From positions 41,106,001 to 41,170,000 of the forward strand of contig NC_043012.1 in assembly GCF_006345805.1 (NCBI RefSeq): DNA of 64,000 nt. Reading direction: 5' to 3'. The translations under genes were made by a program, and so were the position numbers. Origin of the DNA: Octopus sinensis (lineage: Eukaryota). The notes below the pieces were generated by a model. The model worked only from the letters and a program-made list of their open reading frames with translations. It was not told where the DNA came from and did not search any database. Each line of letters opens with the position of its first letter. Position 1 is the first letter of the stretch. Positions 42,488-56,515 of the stretch are shown here, one piece after another.

Positions 42488-42856
42488 CTATATATATATG
42501 TGTATGTATAGTCAGTTGTAGACACACACAATACAATACATTAAAATCGAAGTGACATTGGCTGATGTACAAACGTACATATTAAGTGGATTGAAATGGA
42601 ATTCTGAGGATTGCATCAAGCGACAAAGAGGAAAAAGGAAAAATAATAAAAGAAACTTGAAAATAATAGAAAAGGAAACTAAAAAAAAATTGAAAAAAAA
42701 AAGAAGAAAAAACACAGATATATTTCAGAAGATCAAATATTGCCGTTTCTTTCAAAAACCAATTATGGCAATCTTAGAATCTTTAAACTATAGAAACCAC
42801 TTTTTTTCACCAAGTACTTCGATATCTTTATGTAATTCTTTACTCTTTTATTCCAG

Positions 42857-42932
42857 TCTACACTTCGCAAGGTGGTATTACGGTACATCCACAAAATGAA
42901 ATATGATAAAAAAGGAGATGTCGTACGAGACG
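42857..42932 (+). CDS. TRPC: TRPC exon STLRKVVLRYIHKMKYDKKGDVVRD (rib helix region)
   Basis: cttttattccag acceptor and GTATGG donor; 76 nt (phase 0 to 1). Resembles the TRPC (M)R.LVKRYV helix. Not in the ORF track. Confidence 0.8.
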
Positions 42933-43059
42933 GTATGGTTTTAATACATTTTATTCAAAGAATAATTCACTTTTTGCAATAAAATTCCTTCAATAATAGA
43001 AACTGCGGTAGTTCTCAACGACTAGAATTATGTTTGTCCTGCATACGGTGTCATTGGGC

Positions 43060-43382
43060 AACGGCGTGGCTGTGTGGTAAGAAGCTTAATTCGCAGCAGT
43101 GTGCTTCTGGGTCCAGTTCTACTGCATAGTATCTTGGGCAAGTGCGTATTACTACCGCCTCGAGCTGACAAAAGCCCTCTGAGTGAATGAGTGAATTTGA
43201 TAGACGGAAACTGAAAGAAGCCCGTGTGTGTGACTTCGTGTCTTTGTTTGTTTCCCATCACGCTCGACAGTCGGTGCTGATGCGTTACGTCCCCGTAACT
43301 TAGTGGTTCAGCAAAAGAGACTGATAGAATAAACAACAAGCTTTGCAAAAAAGATGTTGGTGTCTATTCATTCGACTAAGAA
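43060..43382 (+). mobile_element. SINE (family C)
   Basis: ggctgtgtggtaagaagct...cttgggcaagtg...tagacggaaactgaaagaagccc...ccccgtaacttagtggttcagcaaaagag. Confidence 0.65.
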
Positions 43383-43791
43383 TTGCCAACACAACATGGC
43401 GGTCCTGGTTTAGGACGAATGTTGCTCTAAATTAGCCCCAGGAGAAATTGTCTCCAGCTGACTATAGAACACGATATGTGTCCTTATGTTTTCGCAGAAG
43501 GGAATCTAGCACCCCCACTCAACCCAAAACAATATCTGTGTATCGCGATTTCCGGGTTATTTCCCTTCATCAGCACAGAATAATTGTTCGGCTAGAGGTG
43601 CTGATGAAGAAAAATAACCCGGAAATCGTGATACACAGATATTGTTTTGAGCTGAGTGGGGCTGCGAGATTCCCTTGTTCGAAAATATAAGGACACAAAT
43701 CGTGTCGTATAGCCAGCTGGAGACGATGTCTCCTGGGGCTAAATTACAGCAACATTCGTCCTAAACCAGGACTACCATGTTATGTCAGCAA
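43383..43791. repeat. Foldback of 194-bp arms with an outward-facing pair of minimal hammerhead motifs at its centre
   Basis: Left arm 43383-43576, 21-nt loop, right arm 43598-43791, with scattered mismatches. Confidence 0.88.
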
Positions 43792-43899
43792 ACAATCTTT
43801 ACTCGAGAGTACTGTTGCTGAATATCTCCCGTTGTGAGATTTACAAATAGTAATTTTCAAAACCAACGTAACTGTTAAATGGTGGGGAAACAAAGACGC

Positions 43900-44252
43900 A
43901 AATGATTGCGGGTTCAGTCTCACTGTGTGGCACCTTGGGCAAGTGTCTTCTACTATGGCCTCAGGTCGACCAGCGCATTGTGAGTGGATTTCGATGACGG
44001 ACTCTTAAAGAAGTCCATGTGCGTGTGGGCGTGCGCGCATATTTCTATGTATGTTTGTCCCCAGCATCGCTTGACAACCGATGTCGGTGTGATTACGTCC
44101 CCGTGACTTGGCGGTTCCGCAAAAGAAACCGATAGAAAAAGTTCTAGGCTTACAAACAATAAGTCCTGGGGTCGATTTGTTCGACTAGAAGGCGGTACCC
44201 CAGCATATTCGCAGTCAAATGAGTGAAACAAGTAAAAGAGTAAAAGAGTAAT
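43900..44252 (+). mobile_element. SINE (family C)
   Basis: gggttcagtctcactgtgtggcaccttgggcaagtgtcttctactatgg...gcagtcaaatgagtgaaacaagtaaaagagtaaaagagta tail. Confidence 0.7.
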
Positions 44253-44364
44253 ATCTATCTATCTATCAATCTATATATCTATATGTAAATATAATTGTGT
44301 ATATATATATATATATATATATATTAGTATATATTATAATTATATATACCATAAACTTTTTTTT

Positions 44365-44964
44365 AGGACTGCACACGAAAAGTGACAGTCAACATGCTAG
44401 ATATAGACGTCAAATCGCCATTCTCCACAAAAGTTTATGTTCTCAGATCAAACTGAGAACATAAACTTTTTGTGAAGAATGGCGATTTGACGTCTATATC
44501 TGCATGTTGACTGTCCACTTTCTGTGCAGTCCTTAATTGGTATATATAAATATTTTAATCTCGGATTCTTCTTTAATTGCTAGACCACGGTTCTAATTGA
44601 TAAAAATCAATTTTTACCCTAAATTTAATTTATATATATATTATATATATATATATTATATATATATATATATATATACCAATTAAGGACTGCACACGAA
44701 AAGTGGACAGTCAACATGCTAGATATAGACGTCAAATCGCCATTCTCCACAAAAAGTTTATGTTCTCAGATCAAACTGAGAACATAAACTTTTTGTGAAG
44801 AATGGCGATTTGACGTCTATATCTAGCATGTTGACTGTCCACTTTTCGTGTGCAGTCCTTAATTGGTATATATAAATATTTTACTCTTCGGATTCTTCTT
44901 TAATATGCTAGACCACTGGTTCTAATTGATAAAAATCAAATTTTTTACCCTAAATTTAATTTTA

Positions 44965-44970
<6 letters not shown>
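44365..44970. repeat. Tandem duplication (about 320-bp period), each copy holding a long hairpin
   Basis: Copy 1 (about 44365-44640) differs from copy 2 (about 44686-44970) almost only by single-base indels; likely a long-read assembly artefact. Confidence 0.8.
44675..44870. repeat. 95-bp inverted repeat with 6-nt loop and one mismatch
   Basis: TATACCAATTAAGGACTGC...GTTCTCAG atcaaa CTGAGAAC...GCAGTCCTTAATTGGTATA. Confidence 0.92.
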
Positions 44971-45007
<37 letters not shown>

Positions 45008-45115
45008 GTGTGTGTGGTGTGTGTGTGTGTGTGTGTATCGTTTGTGCTTCATTGATATTCTATTATATTATATTATACAGTATTGTATTATATTCTTGTA
45101 TTTATTTATTTCTAG

Positions 45116-45582
45116 ATATATTTGATACCAAAGAGGAGATTGTTGGTTACTTGATGAATGTCTTCAACAAGATTAGCAACCGCATGGAAAGCATCGAAAA
45201 CAGTTTGGTGGGTATAGATACGAAACTCGCGATGGATGAATGCAATAATGGTCTATTCCAACAGAATCAAAATTCCGATTTCTACAACTTTGACCTCGTG
45301 GTCGATGGCAAGAACTTATGTGATAACAACTCGCAAACACATTCCCCACCGCTCAATCGGCAACCCAAAGAAAATCTCTCTGACAGTAGACAGTCTTTTA
45401 CTACCGAAGTTCAATATCATGGTAATCCGCAAAAGGACTGGTATGACCGAAGCCTGCGATTTGGGAGTTCGAAGAGTGACGGCAGGCCAAACAGAACACG
45501 TAAGCAAATGGACAGTGTCACAGAAAATGTAATTTCAAGATCTGTCCCTTTACACAGTAAATATTTTAGTCACGAGGTATGA
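45116..45582 (+). CDS. TRPC: TRPC terminal coding exon: (D)IFDTKEEIVGYLMNVFNKISNRMESIENSLV...KYFSHEV*
   Basis: tatttctag acceptor; the phase 1 start matches the preceding exon; 467-nt open frame to TGA. Begins with a coiled-coil-like segment followed by a polar tail. Confidence 0.82.
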
Positions 45583-48242
45583 CGGGACTTTTTTTCTGAT
45601 ATTTTGGGACTTCAGGAGTCATCATTTCCGTTAAATCTAAGAACACGAGAAAAAGTAAAGTTTTGAGGAAGTCTTTTAAGGACTTTTGAAAACATGAATT
45701 GAAAATTCACTTCTCACCAAGGGCCCGTTTTACAAACCATGGCGAGTCGAAAGATCAATTTGACCAAATAAAACGGTCTCTATGAAATTGATCGTTGTCC
45801 GAATTGGCCAAAGGACTGGCCGAGTTTGTCACATTGATGTTGATTTAAACGAGCTAAACAGGTGTGAAAAATACAACCTCTCTAATGAAATTTCTGTTTG
45901 CTTACTCCAGATTATTTAAGTGAATACCCAAGAATAATTCACTTGTTTCGGTAATCTGCTGAGGATATTTTCACTGTACAGAGACAGATGTGCAGAGGTA
46001 ATTTCACACCTAAGAAGGGAGCTACGTTCAGTTAGCCCTTAATTTGTACGAAACTACGTGATATCACTAAATATATTTCACTTATCTCCTCTCTTATATT
46101 TATTCAAAAATAATATCCAAAGATGTTTCACCAAATTTCAACTGGTGATATCACACTAAATTTCGCCTAGATCATTTTTCGTGGAATAGCAAAGACAATT
46201 TCCTGTAGTTGCGAGACTTTTAGTGAAAAATTAATCTACAGAAATATCTTCACTTTTTGCTTCTTTGCTACAAAAAGTGATCCCGTATATTTCATGTTAC
46301 ACTTGAATCGCATTAAACATTTAATAATAGTTCATTTAGTTTAAATATAAAATTATAATAATATCATCATTATGTTTATTAATATTATCATTATTATCAT
46401 CATAAAAAATAACAATAACCATGATGTTTTCAACCAATCTACTGCAAGTAAAGTAATTACCAATTAGTTCTGAAATACCATTCTCAAAATAACTCCCTAG
46501 AATTCACTACGAAAACCACCGTAAATCTGGATTTTATTTCCCAGAGATACAATTTCTTAAACATTTTCAGATCAGTTAAGGATCTCGTTACTTTCTTTAT
46601 TTTATCTAATCAATCACGTCATTGATTTATATAAGTAGTTAATTAGAAGATATCTTTTTAAACAATAATTAATGCAAATATAAAATTAGTGAATTTGAAA
46701 ATAATATCTGGTAACTTAACTTATTATATATATATATAAAAGTTCTCTTTAAATATTCATAAAATTTGGGTATGTTTTGCCACAGTTTTGTCAAGATTCT
46801 TGTAAGAAGAAAAATACGATAAAACTAAGAAAGCAAAAAATAAGTTCACTTTTGAAATTCTTCTAATTCTAATGTCTATGCAGAGGCTGGAAGAGAAAGT
46901 TTTAAAATATTATATTTGATTTATTGGTATAAAATCCCATCTTAAAACTGGGTTTTAAGTAATTCATTGGAAACAACAGCAATAGGAATTTGCAACAAAA
47001 TGGGTTTTTAAATTGTTATTGATTTTTTAAAATACTTTATCATAACCTTTGTTTTATATATTTACACTTTTTTCTTTCAAATATACATATATATATACAT
47101 ATATATATTTCTTTGTTACACTGTTTTAATTACTATATTTTTGGACCTATCTTAAAATATGAGTTAATCTGTGTTGTTATGAAGCCTACAACAGGGGTAG
47201 TTTGACTGTTTCTCTCCAGCTTTAATGTGGAAATTTTCTGTAGATATATATTTGTTTTACAGACAAAGTAACAGATGCTATGTTAAGCTGTAATCACATC
47301 ACCGATACACACACTGAACTGATCCATTTTTAAACTATTTAAAATTGCAATATATCATGTGACTCCATTTCTACTTTCATTGTATTAAAGTTACTGGTTC
47401 AACAACAACAGCAGCAAAAACAACAGCAACAACAACAACAAATATGGTCCAGTTATCGTAGGATCCTTGCCTTTATTTCTTTATACAACACAATTAACAC
47501 CAATCATTTTATTCCACCAGTTTATTGTTATCGTTATGATCATCCATATATTCTTAAGTGCTTTATTTGAAACTATATAAAATTTATACATGATTATGAA
47601 ATTACGTACAGATGCACAAACGTCATTGAAAACATATCAGTTATTGGAGATAATGTCAAAATAAGTATATTTCAAACCAGCATTTCCCTAGATTAAGGTA
47701 ATGACTAGTGCAAGACAATGGTGCAAAGCGGTTAAAATATTTTATCAATAATATTCAGTTTTATGGAATCTTAAAATATGTAGCCTCTATCCTTTTGTTA
47801 CGAAGAAATGTCAAAAATTTCGAAAAATTTGAATGGAACATTTACATCCATAAAATGGATTTTTCAACATCAGCAGATGTTTTGAATTTATTATAGATAT
47901 AAAGGTGGATATAGATTCTTTAATTCTTAGGTAATTATTATTGTGTATGCTATTTGAATATTTGGAGAATTTTAAAAGAATTCAGATGATAAACTGACGA
48001 CTGTATTATTGAAAATATTTTTAATTTCTTCCAGCAATATCTTCTTTGAAGCCATTATATATAAATATCCAAACATACATATTTATAAATAGAAATAGAG
48101 ATACACGCACACATATATATATTATCATATATATAAATAGAAATATATATGTGCGTATATACTAATATTAACTAGAAATATATGTTGCATATGCATACAT
48201 ACACACACACAGACACACATTAACACACACACACACACACAC

Positions 48243-48319
<77 letters not shown>

Positions 48320-50018
48320 TCACTCACATATACCTCTGTAATCATAGGCATAAATAGGTTTTCTCTTTGTATGTGCGTATGTTTATATTTTCTTGAGGTA
48401 AAAGTATGTTTATGAATGATACATATATTCTCGAGAAATAATTTTACATGCTACACATGATTTCTATATGTGTGGAAACATTAGCAAAATATTGTAAATA
48501 TTGCTGACGCCATTAGAATATAAAAATTAGTTTCCTAAAAAGGAATTTAAATAAAGTTTTCAAGAAACACGTGTAAAACATATTTTTCTTCATCAGCAAG
48601 AGACTATAAAACTCAAGATATAATTGGTTTTACTATTATATATTTAATCATATTCCAAACAACAGGTTTTTTTTATTGTATTCATATACAACTTCCACTT
48701 AATTGCATTTGTCATTTACTTTATCTTATACATATTGTTGTATTAACTAAAGCACTTCTGTGTCACTTTCGAAGTCGTAGAAGTAGGTATGTCTATAATA
48801 AATTGCATAATTATATACAGAGCAGTTTACATCCAAACGAAAAACACTTTACCAAACGATCGACAAAATCTAATAAGTGCCAAAATAGTGAAATTATTTA
48901 TTAAATACCTATAAGAGTTATAACTTACATAAATCATACATTAGGCTGTAAATAAAACACATTTATTTCTAAAACTTGTTCAACGAATATGGAAATTATG
49001 TTTCGTATTACGCTCTTCTTCCAAACAGAAATTTATCTCCTTTACAATTAAAATTCTAAGTTACGATATGCTGTACTATAAAACAATGGTTTATACATAT
49101 ATAATATATAATGTATATATAATTCATATATATATATATATATACACACATATATATATTCATATATGATATATATATATATATATATAATATATATATA
49201 TATATACACATACATATTCATATGTATACATATATATATGCATGTATATATATGCATGTATGTGTAATTATGTATATATAAATGTGTATATATATATGCA
49301 TATGTATATATACGCATGTATGTATATATATATATATATATTCATGTATATATATGTATGCATATATACATAGGTATATATATGTATATACATGTATATA
49401 TATATGTATATATATTTATTTATATATGTATATATATATGTGTGTACATATATGTATATATATATGTATATATGTTTGTATATATGTATGTACAAGTATA
49501 TATATATGTATATATATATATATATATTTATTTATACACAATCTAATCTTAGTATAACTTGGACTTGAATTCGTTTATTATTGGTCAATTCTATACTTAG
49601 TTAATGTTATTTAGAAAAGGACCAAAAACTCACACAAAGAAGTGACATTACGTTGGTTACACTAAAAATATTTTTTAAATAAAAGTACACTTTGCATGAA
49701 ATTATATCCAGTAGAGAGAATGGTGCCTTTTTATTTGTATATTCTATCAAAAGTTTCAAAATATACTTCTTTACTTTTGATATACACTCATATAAATTTT
49801 ATGCTGTTATGATTACGACGTAGAAATGTCTACGACAAATATTATCATGATTTTTTTTCTCAAAATGGAAAAAGTAAATATAATTATTACCGTTTTTTTT
49901 CATTATTATTATTATTATATTATTATTATTATATTATTATTATTATTATCATAATTATTATTATTATTATTATTATTATCATAATAATTATTATTATTAT
50001 TGTTATTATCATAATTAC

Positions 50019-50063
<45 letters not shown>

Positions 50064-51176
50064 GTCTATTGTTATTTTTATTAATATTATTAATTTTCAC
50101 CTTAAAACTTCATTGTTCTCAAATATTGTATTGATATATAATGCCAGCACTTTGTTCTTGTGCAAAAGTCCTTAGGAAAATGTACATGTCTTCTTTCAAC
50201 ACTTAGTGGACAAAAATAACAAACATTCTGCCAAGAAGCAAATTGCAAATTAACCAAATCAGAAATATAAAGTAATAAAGATTAAAATCCTGTCTTAGAT
50301 TCTTCACAATTTCTTGTTGCGTAATTCCATTTTTGCATATTTTTATGAAAATGTAGTGGCTAGATCCTGTGCTGAAGCTCTGTTAAAAAGAAAAAAAAAT
50401 AGTTTCATAAAGGGTGGAATGGGTTAATAAATTCATAACTGAAATGCACAAATTCCATTTTTTTTTTCAATTTAATTATTTTTTCTTAATTTGGAAATAT
50501 TAGTACCAAAAGCTTCCTGAGATGCCTTTCTTCGGTATCATGTTGTCGTCTGCCAATGTAGAATTGTTCCCATTAACTTACGGTATAACCACTGTTTTCT
50601 TGTGTGCTTATATGTATATAGGCAGGTAGGTAGATGTACGTATATGTGCACATATGTGTGTGAATGTATTTTATTCAAAACCAATATTGTTGAAAAAATT
50701 ACCAACTTTTCTATGTCGAAGAAAGAAAAAATAAAATTAGAAAAAATGTAAACAGTATGAGTTACATATTCTCCATTAATAAACCAAAAATCTGTCATGA
50801 AAAACGTGTTTTTCTTACAACGAAACGAAACTAGATTAGCAACATCAAAATAAATGTTTGTTCAGTATATTAAATTTTATTCAAGCATTGAAAACTTTGT
50901 GATTGTACATGTTATAATACTTTGATCAGTATTAAATTTAGAGTACAATTTTAAACTTGTGTTTTAGTTAATTAATGGAAAAGAAGCGAAACCAGTCAAT
51001 TGAAATTCGATCTTACCAAGTGTAAAGATTATTATACCTCCATTAACTATAATCGGTTTGTAATTCTCTTTTTATGCATGCACACACACAACACACACAC
51101 ACACACACATACAATACTTCACATGGACACCCACATACAATACAGCCACAATACACAGACACAATACACATGACCT

Positions 51177-51321
<145 letters not shown>

Positions 51322-51370
51322 CACGTGTATAAAGCAGGTTTATAACTTCTGCTAATATACATATATATAT

Positions 51371-53193
51371 AAATGTGGCCATTGATCGATGGTAACGGCA
51401 TTCCCCGACACGATGCTAAGGAAATGGCATAAATGCTGCAGAAACAATACTGTCTTTAGTGATCTCACTGATATTGGCATAAGAGAAACGAACGGAATTG
51501 ATTCCCAACATAAAATATCGGACATTACCTTCACTGCCTCATACATCATAGCAGCAATAAATGAGGCCAAATACTATTCTGCTGTAGGCCCTGATAGATT
51601 CCCCGCTAGTCTCCTGAAGGAATGTAGACACCAACTAGCAGTCTCTTTGACCAACCCCAGGAGAAATTCTTTAGACTCAGGTTATATACCGAAACAGCTC
51701 CTATCCCAGTCTGTCATCCTGGTTTTCAAACAGGAAAACAGATCCCTCGCATTCAACTATCGCTCAATCTCACTCACCTTCCACATCATTAAAGTGTTTG
51801 AAAGAGTGGTAAGGTCAAGGATAGTTGACTTCCTGGAGATCCACAAACTCCTAAATGCAAATCAGCATGGCTTTCGCTGTGGCATGGAATGTCTAACACA
51901 GGCCTTATACCACACTGAAGATATACTTAAAGCCTTTGGAACAGGTTCGAACTCTGATGTCATATATCTTGACTTCAGTAAAGCGTTCGACAGGGTTGAC
52001 CATAATAACTTACTCTCAAAATTGGCAAATGTTGGAATCCGTGAAAAACGCCTACACTGGATTAAGTATTTCCTGGCGAATAGAACACAACATCTTGTAG
52101 TTGATGGAGTCCACTGAAGTCCAGCAAAAGTCACCAGTGGTGACCCCAGTGGGGGTCTTGGGCCCTCTCCGCTTTATAATTTACATAAAAAACCTTACCA
52201 GCGTCGTAAATCACTGTCAAGTGAAAATATTTGCCGATGACTCTAAGCTCCAATGAAGAAAGAAGACCGAACTCAACTCCAGTCTGATCTACATGCGGTG
52301 AGTCAATGAGCAGACAAAAACAAAATGCTACTAAACGAGGAAAAATTTGAGCTGATGCATTTTGGAAGAATGTCTATACCACAACAGCCATACTCTCTTC
52401 CTTCAGGGGAACCGCTCACAGCATCTAATAATATCAGAGAGCTATGTGTAATTGTTCATAACAATCTCAGTTGGAGTGCCCACACCAACAATAAGGTCGA
52501 TATAGCTCGTAGGATGAGCACCTGGATCTTAAGAACCTTCCGGTCCAGAGAACAAGGTGTCATCATTCCGCTTTTCTCCTCCTTTGTACGGCCACACCTC
52601 GAATATTGCTGCCCCTCGTGGTCTCCCCATGCAAAACAAAACATCTGGAAAATTGAATCACCCCAGAGGGCACTCAGTAAACGAATTGAAGGCATGACTG
52701 ATCCTGATTACTGAGACCGACTTAAAGCCTTGAAACTCTACTCTCTCCAGCGCCGCCGCGAGCGATGCATCATTTATACAATGTGAACAATATACCGCCA
52801 GCATTGCCCAAACGACCTGAACATTAGTTCACCCAAGGCTAGAACCAGGGGCCATACGTCCCCTTCCCAATTCCAGATCACAACATATAGGTACACTGCG
52901 ACACTATTTCTTTTCCTCAAAAGGTCCTGCCTCTTTAACATTGTCCCAAAACTGATCAAAGAGGAAAAGGATCCCATCACCTTTAAACGAAGTCTGGACA
53001 GATTTCTTCAAGGAATACCAGATAGGACACTCATACCTGGATACAACGCACGCAACAAGAACCCACTGCTTGAATGGACCCTAAACAAAACTTAACTTAA
53101 AATGGATTTAGATAATCCTATCAGGTGGTGCTATTAAGGTAGACATGGCCTGGAACAATCTTTGGTCGAAACATATCTGAGGTTATCTGAGTT
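51371..53193 (+). mobile_element. 5'-truncated CR1-group LINE, reverse transcriptase pseudogene
   Basis: SAVGPD, NYRSISLT..IIKVFER, NQHGFR, YLDFSKAFDRVDH, IFADDSKL, RPHLEYC...WSPH and LKLYSLQRRRER, interrupted by stops and frameshifts; short repeated tail; flanked by (TA)n. Confidence 0.92.
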
Positions 53194-53837
53194 TATATAT
53201 ATATATATATATATATATGTATTTACAGAGAGATAGAGAGCGAGAGAGAGAGAGAGAAGGCATATAACTCAGTGGCTAAAGGGTCGGGTTCACAATCATG
53301 AGGTAGTGAGTTCGCTTCTTAGGTCGAGCTGTCTGTTGTGTTCTTGAGCAAGTCCCTTTAGTTCACATTGCTCCACTTCACTCAGCTGTAGAAAGGTCAA
53401 AGCTAGTTTAACTAAAAATGTTTAATTTGAAGTGAGTAGAGCACACTTTGTTTAAAAAATAGTGTAGGACATATTTGATAATGTAGTTCTTGATACATAA
53501 AAGGGCACAGACGGGTAAAAGTATCTGGTCATCGATCTCCTGGATCAGAGGTGACTTGTAGCTAAACACCAACCACTCAAACGTACACACAAATGTAAGT
53601 CGGATATCAATAGTTTTAATAATCCTAAACATTTTGTTGGGTTTTATGAGTTTACTGGATCAGGGATGACCTAATGTTAAATAACAACAACGAGTGAGCG
53701 TCTATATGGTCGCTTGACTTTCTAAAAATAGCAGCTAAAAGCTTTTCATGTCACAACCTGGTGACTTCGAAATGAATGGACTCATTGATTAGCATAACCG
53801 ATGATATGTTCAATGTGAAACGGTACAAAGGGGTGAA

Positions 53838-54073
53838 TTAAGGCAGCGAGCTGGCAGAAACGTTAGCACGCCGGGCGAAATGCTTAGCGGTATTTCGTCT
53901 GTTGTTACGTTGTGAGTTCAAATTCCGCCGAGGTCGACTTTGCCTTTTATCCTTTCGGGGTCGATAAATTAAGTACCAGTTACGCACTGGGGTCGATGTA
54001 ATCGACTTAATACCTATGTCTGTCCTTGTTTGTCCCCTCTGTGTTTAGCCCCTTGTAGGTAATAAAGAAATAG
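53838..54073 (+). mobile_element. Full-length SINE (family B)
   Basis: ggcagcgagctggcagaaacgttagc...gagttcaaattccgccgaggtcgactttgcc...aataaagaaata; several homologous copies in the window. Confidence 0.8.
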
Positions 54074-55599
54074 GTACAAAGGGGTGAATCACAGGAAGAA
54101 CGTTTCTGATTATATGTTTATTCAACCAGAGCAGATGTGAACTAAACAACAACAGCAGTAGCAGCAGCGGCGGCGGCAATAATCATAACAAGTTTACAGA
54201 TGTAGACTAGATCCTAGTGAGAATACAACTTGTCCAGGTTAGACCCGTAAAATAGAGGTTCATCTGGGGCCAAGGTACATACTTGCCTTTTGGTTTGGTC
54301 TGTTTCCCAAAATTGAAATTCTCTTATATAAGTAGACGTTTTCTCAGATTCCAGGAACAAGCCGGGCTTGAGAGCCTTGGCCCCTCCTTGCACGCACTCA
54401 TCTCTCATACACTTTGGTGAAAGGTTTCTTATAGTACAAAGAGTACGGTTAACTATTCAACGTCGATGCGAGTAACTTCTGCAAGTAGTAGCGTACAACA
54501 CAACGAGAGATGCTGCACGTTTCAGAATGCCTTATGCTAGTAATAACTCCATATATGTTGACGTCTGCAACATGGCAAGAACTGCTTATTGCAGATTGCA
54601 CCATGGGATCAACTACTACAATTAGTTATATGTAGCATAGTAGTGACTACTGCGTTCACAGTGTGGAGTTTGAAATTAATTACCCTGTGTTGGCGGTCAG
54701 GTCCATTCGTAATTATATATCTGACGCCGCCTCAAGCTAATCCATTAATAACCTCTGTGCCATGCCTCTGGTCTGCGAGAGATGACCTGGCGATATAACA
54801 ATAAGAACAGACTAAAATAACACTAAAATAAATAGCCGTGACTTGAGACTATTTATTGGAACTAAAACAACAGGAAAATATGATAATGGTTTCTAAGTAA
54901 GTCAGAAGTCCCACAGTTTTGAAAGGAGGAAGATTGAGGATGAAATCGATCCATCGCTCGACTGATGCATTTTATATTAGACATCGGAGGGACGAAAGGC
55001 GAAACTGAGTGGGAATTGAACTCAGGATGCAATAAGCAGGAAGAAATTATACTTAAAGACAGTTTTTCGAACGCGCTAATGATTCCACCAATATGAAGGA
55101 TAAGTAACACTAACAACAACAACGACGATGACCACGACACAACGTCGAGGCATTACAAATAGAAATAGCCGAACATAATGGCTAAATAAATCGAGATTAA
55201 TGTTACATAGATTATCTTAATAAGCCATACTAACTACTGTCGAATATAACACACACCAATAATTATTACTGATCAAGGGAAATAACTCTCATACACATTT
55301 TTAAATTACAGTTTTCAAGGGAAATAACTCTCAAACTTTTGTGAGGTTACCTCCCTTTAAATTTTAGTAAATAAACCTTTTGTCCACAAATCTAGTTTCC
55401 ATCAAATCTAGTAACCATCGTTCCAACGAACTGAAGAGGATGATGTTCGATGAAACACGTAAAGATAAACCATGTTGTTCTGTGTAGTGGAACAATCAAG
55501 ATGTATTACACTTGCTGCGGTGACCAAGCGCTTTCTGCATCTTCGCAGATCTTCGTGGTGGTCAGAAGAGGGCGAGCAGATGGACTCTACCTGCTAGAG

Positions 55600-55935
55600 T
55601 GACAGTTACTCTTTTACTCCTTTATTTGTTTCAGTCATTTGACTGCGGCCATGCCGGAGCACCGCATTTAGTCAAGGAAATCGACCCCCAGGACTTATTC
55701 TTTGTAAGCCTAGTACTTATTCTATCAGTCTATTATCGGTTGTCAAGCGATGTTCGGGGAGAGACAACAGACAAACACACAAACATACACACACATACAT
55801 ACATAGACATATATACGACGGCCTTCTTTCAGTTTCCGTCTACCAAATCCACTCACGAGATGCCATGCAGTGGGAATGAACCCGGAACCATGTGGTTGGT
55901 AAGCAAAATACTTACCACACAACCACTCCCACGCC
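55600..55935 (-). mobile_element. SINE (family C)
   Basis: tRNA-like head on the minus strand (gtggttgtgtggtaagt...ggttccgggttcattccc) and a (tactctt)n tail. Confidence 0.7.
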
Positions 55936-56310
55936 TCTGATATATAAGTTGTTTATATTTACATTGAATTAGTGGCGTTAATTCGAGCACAACGTTTACG
56001 GATTCTGTGATGTTGCAACCGTTCCTGTTCGTATTCCCGACCCCTACCTCACCCCCTTCTCTTTTTCCCATTCTTTAACGATTCTCTGGGAATAAAACGG
56101 TATTTTCACATGGCTGTCGTGATGCGTTATTGATGAATCTGATTGTACGAAGGTGATTTCTGCGCTGTTATGACAGATCTGTCGTGTTTCACGAACCGTT
56201 TCCGCCGCTTCTGTACCTGGTCTCCTATTTTTAAGTGGTTTTTCATTGTGTATGAGATATCTGCCGGTAGTTAACGAGTGTGACTTATGTGCAATCTCTG
56301 ATGTGCCCAG

Positions 56311-56326
56311 TTGTTGTTGTCCTTGT

Positions 56327-56359
<33 letters not shown>

Positions 56360-56515
56360 CGACGATGATGATGATGATGATGACGACGATGATGATAGTG
56401 GTGGATGTGGTGGTGGTGGTGGTGGTGGTGGTGGTGGTGGTGGTGGTGGTGGAGGTGGTGGTGGTGGTGATAGCGATCATGATGATGATGACGACTACAA
56501 CGATGATGATGTTTA
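56311..56515. repeat. Compound trinucleotide microsatellite (GTT)/(GAT)n/(GGT)n/(GAT)
   Basis: Direct reading; explains the poly-D, poly-G, poly-H and poly-M ORFs. Confidence 0.92.

Noticed and set aside
47990-48030. Hammerhead candidate CTGACGA...GAAAATATTT
   Set aside because: Palindromic stem III is present, but stem II is absent and stem I is only 2 bp.
55431-55470. Hammerhead candidate CTGAAGA...GAAACACGTA
   Set aside because: No convincing stem II or stem I pairing.
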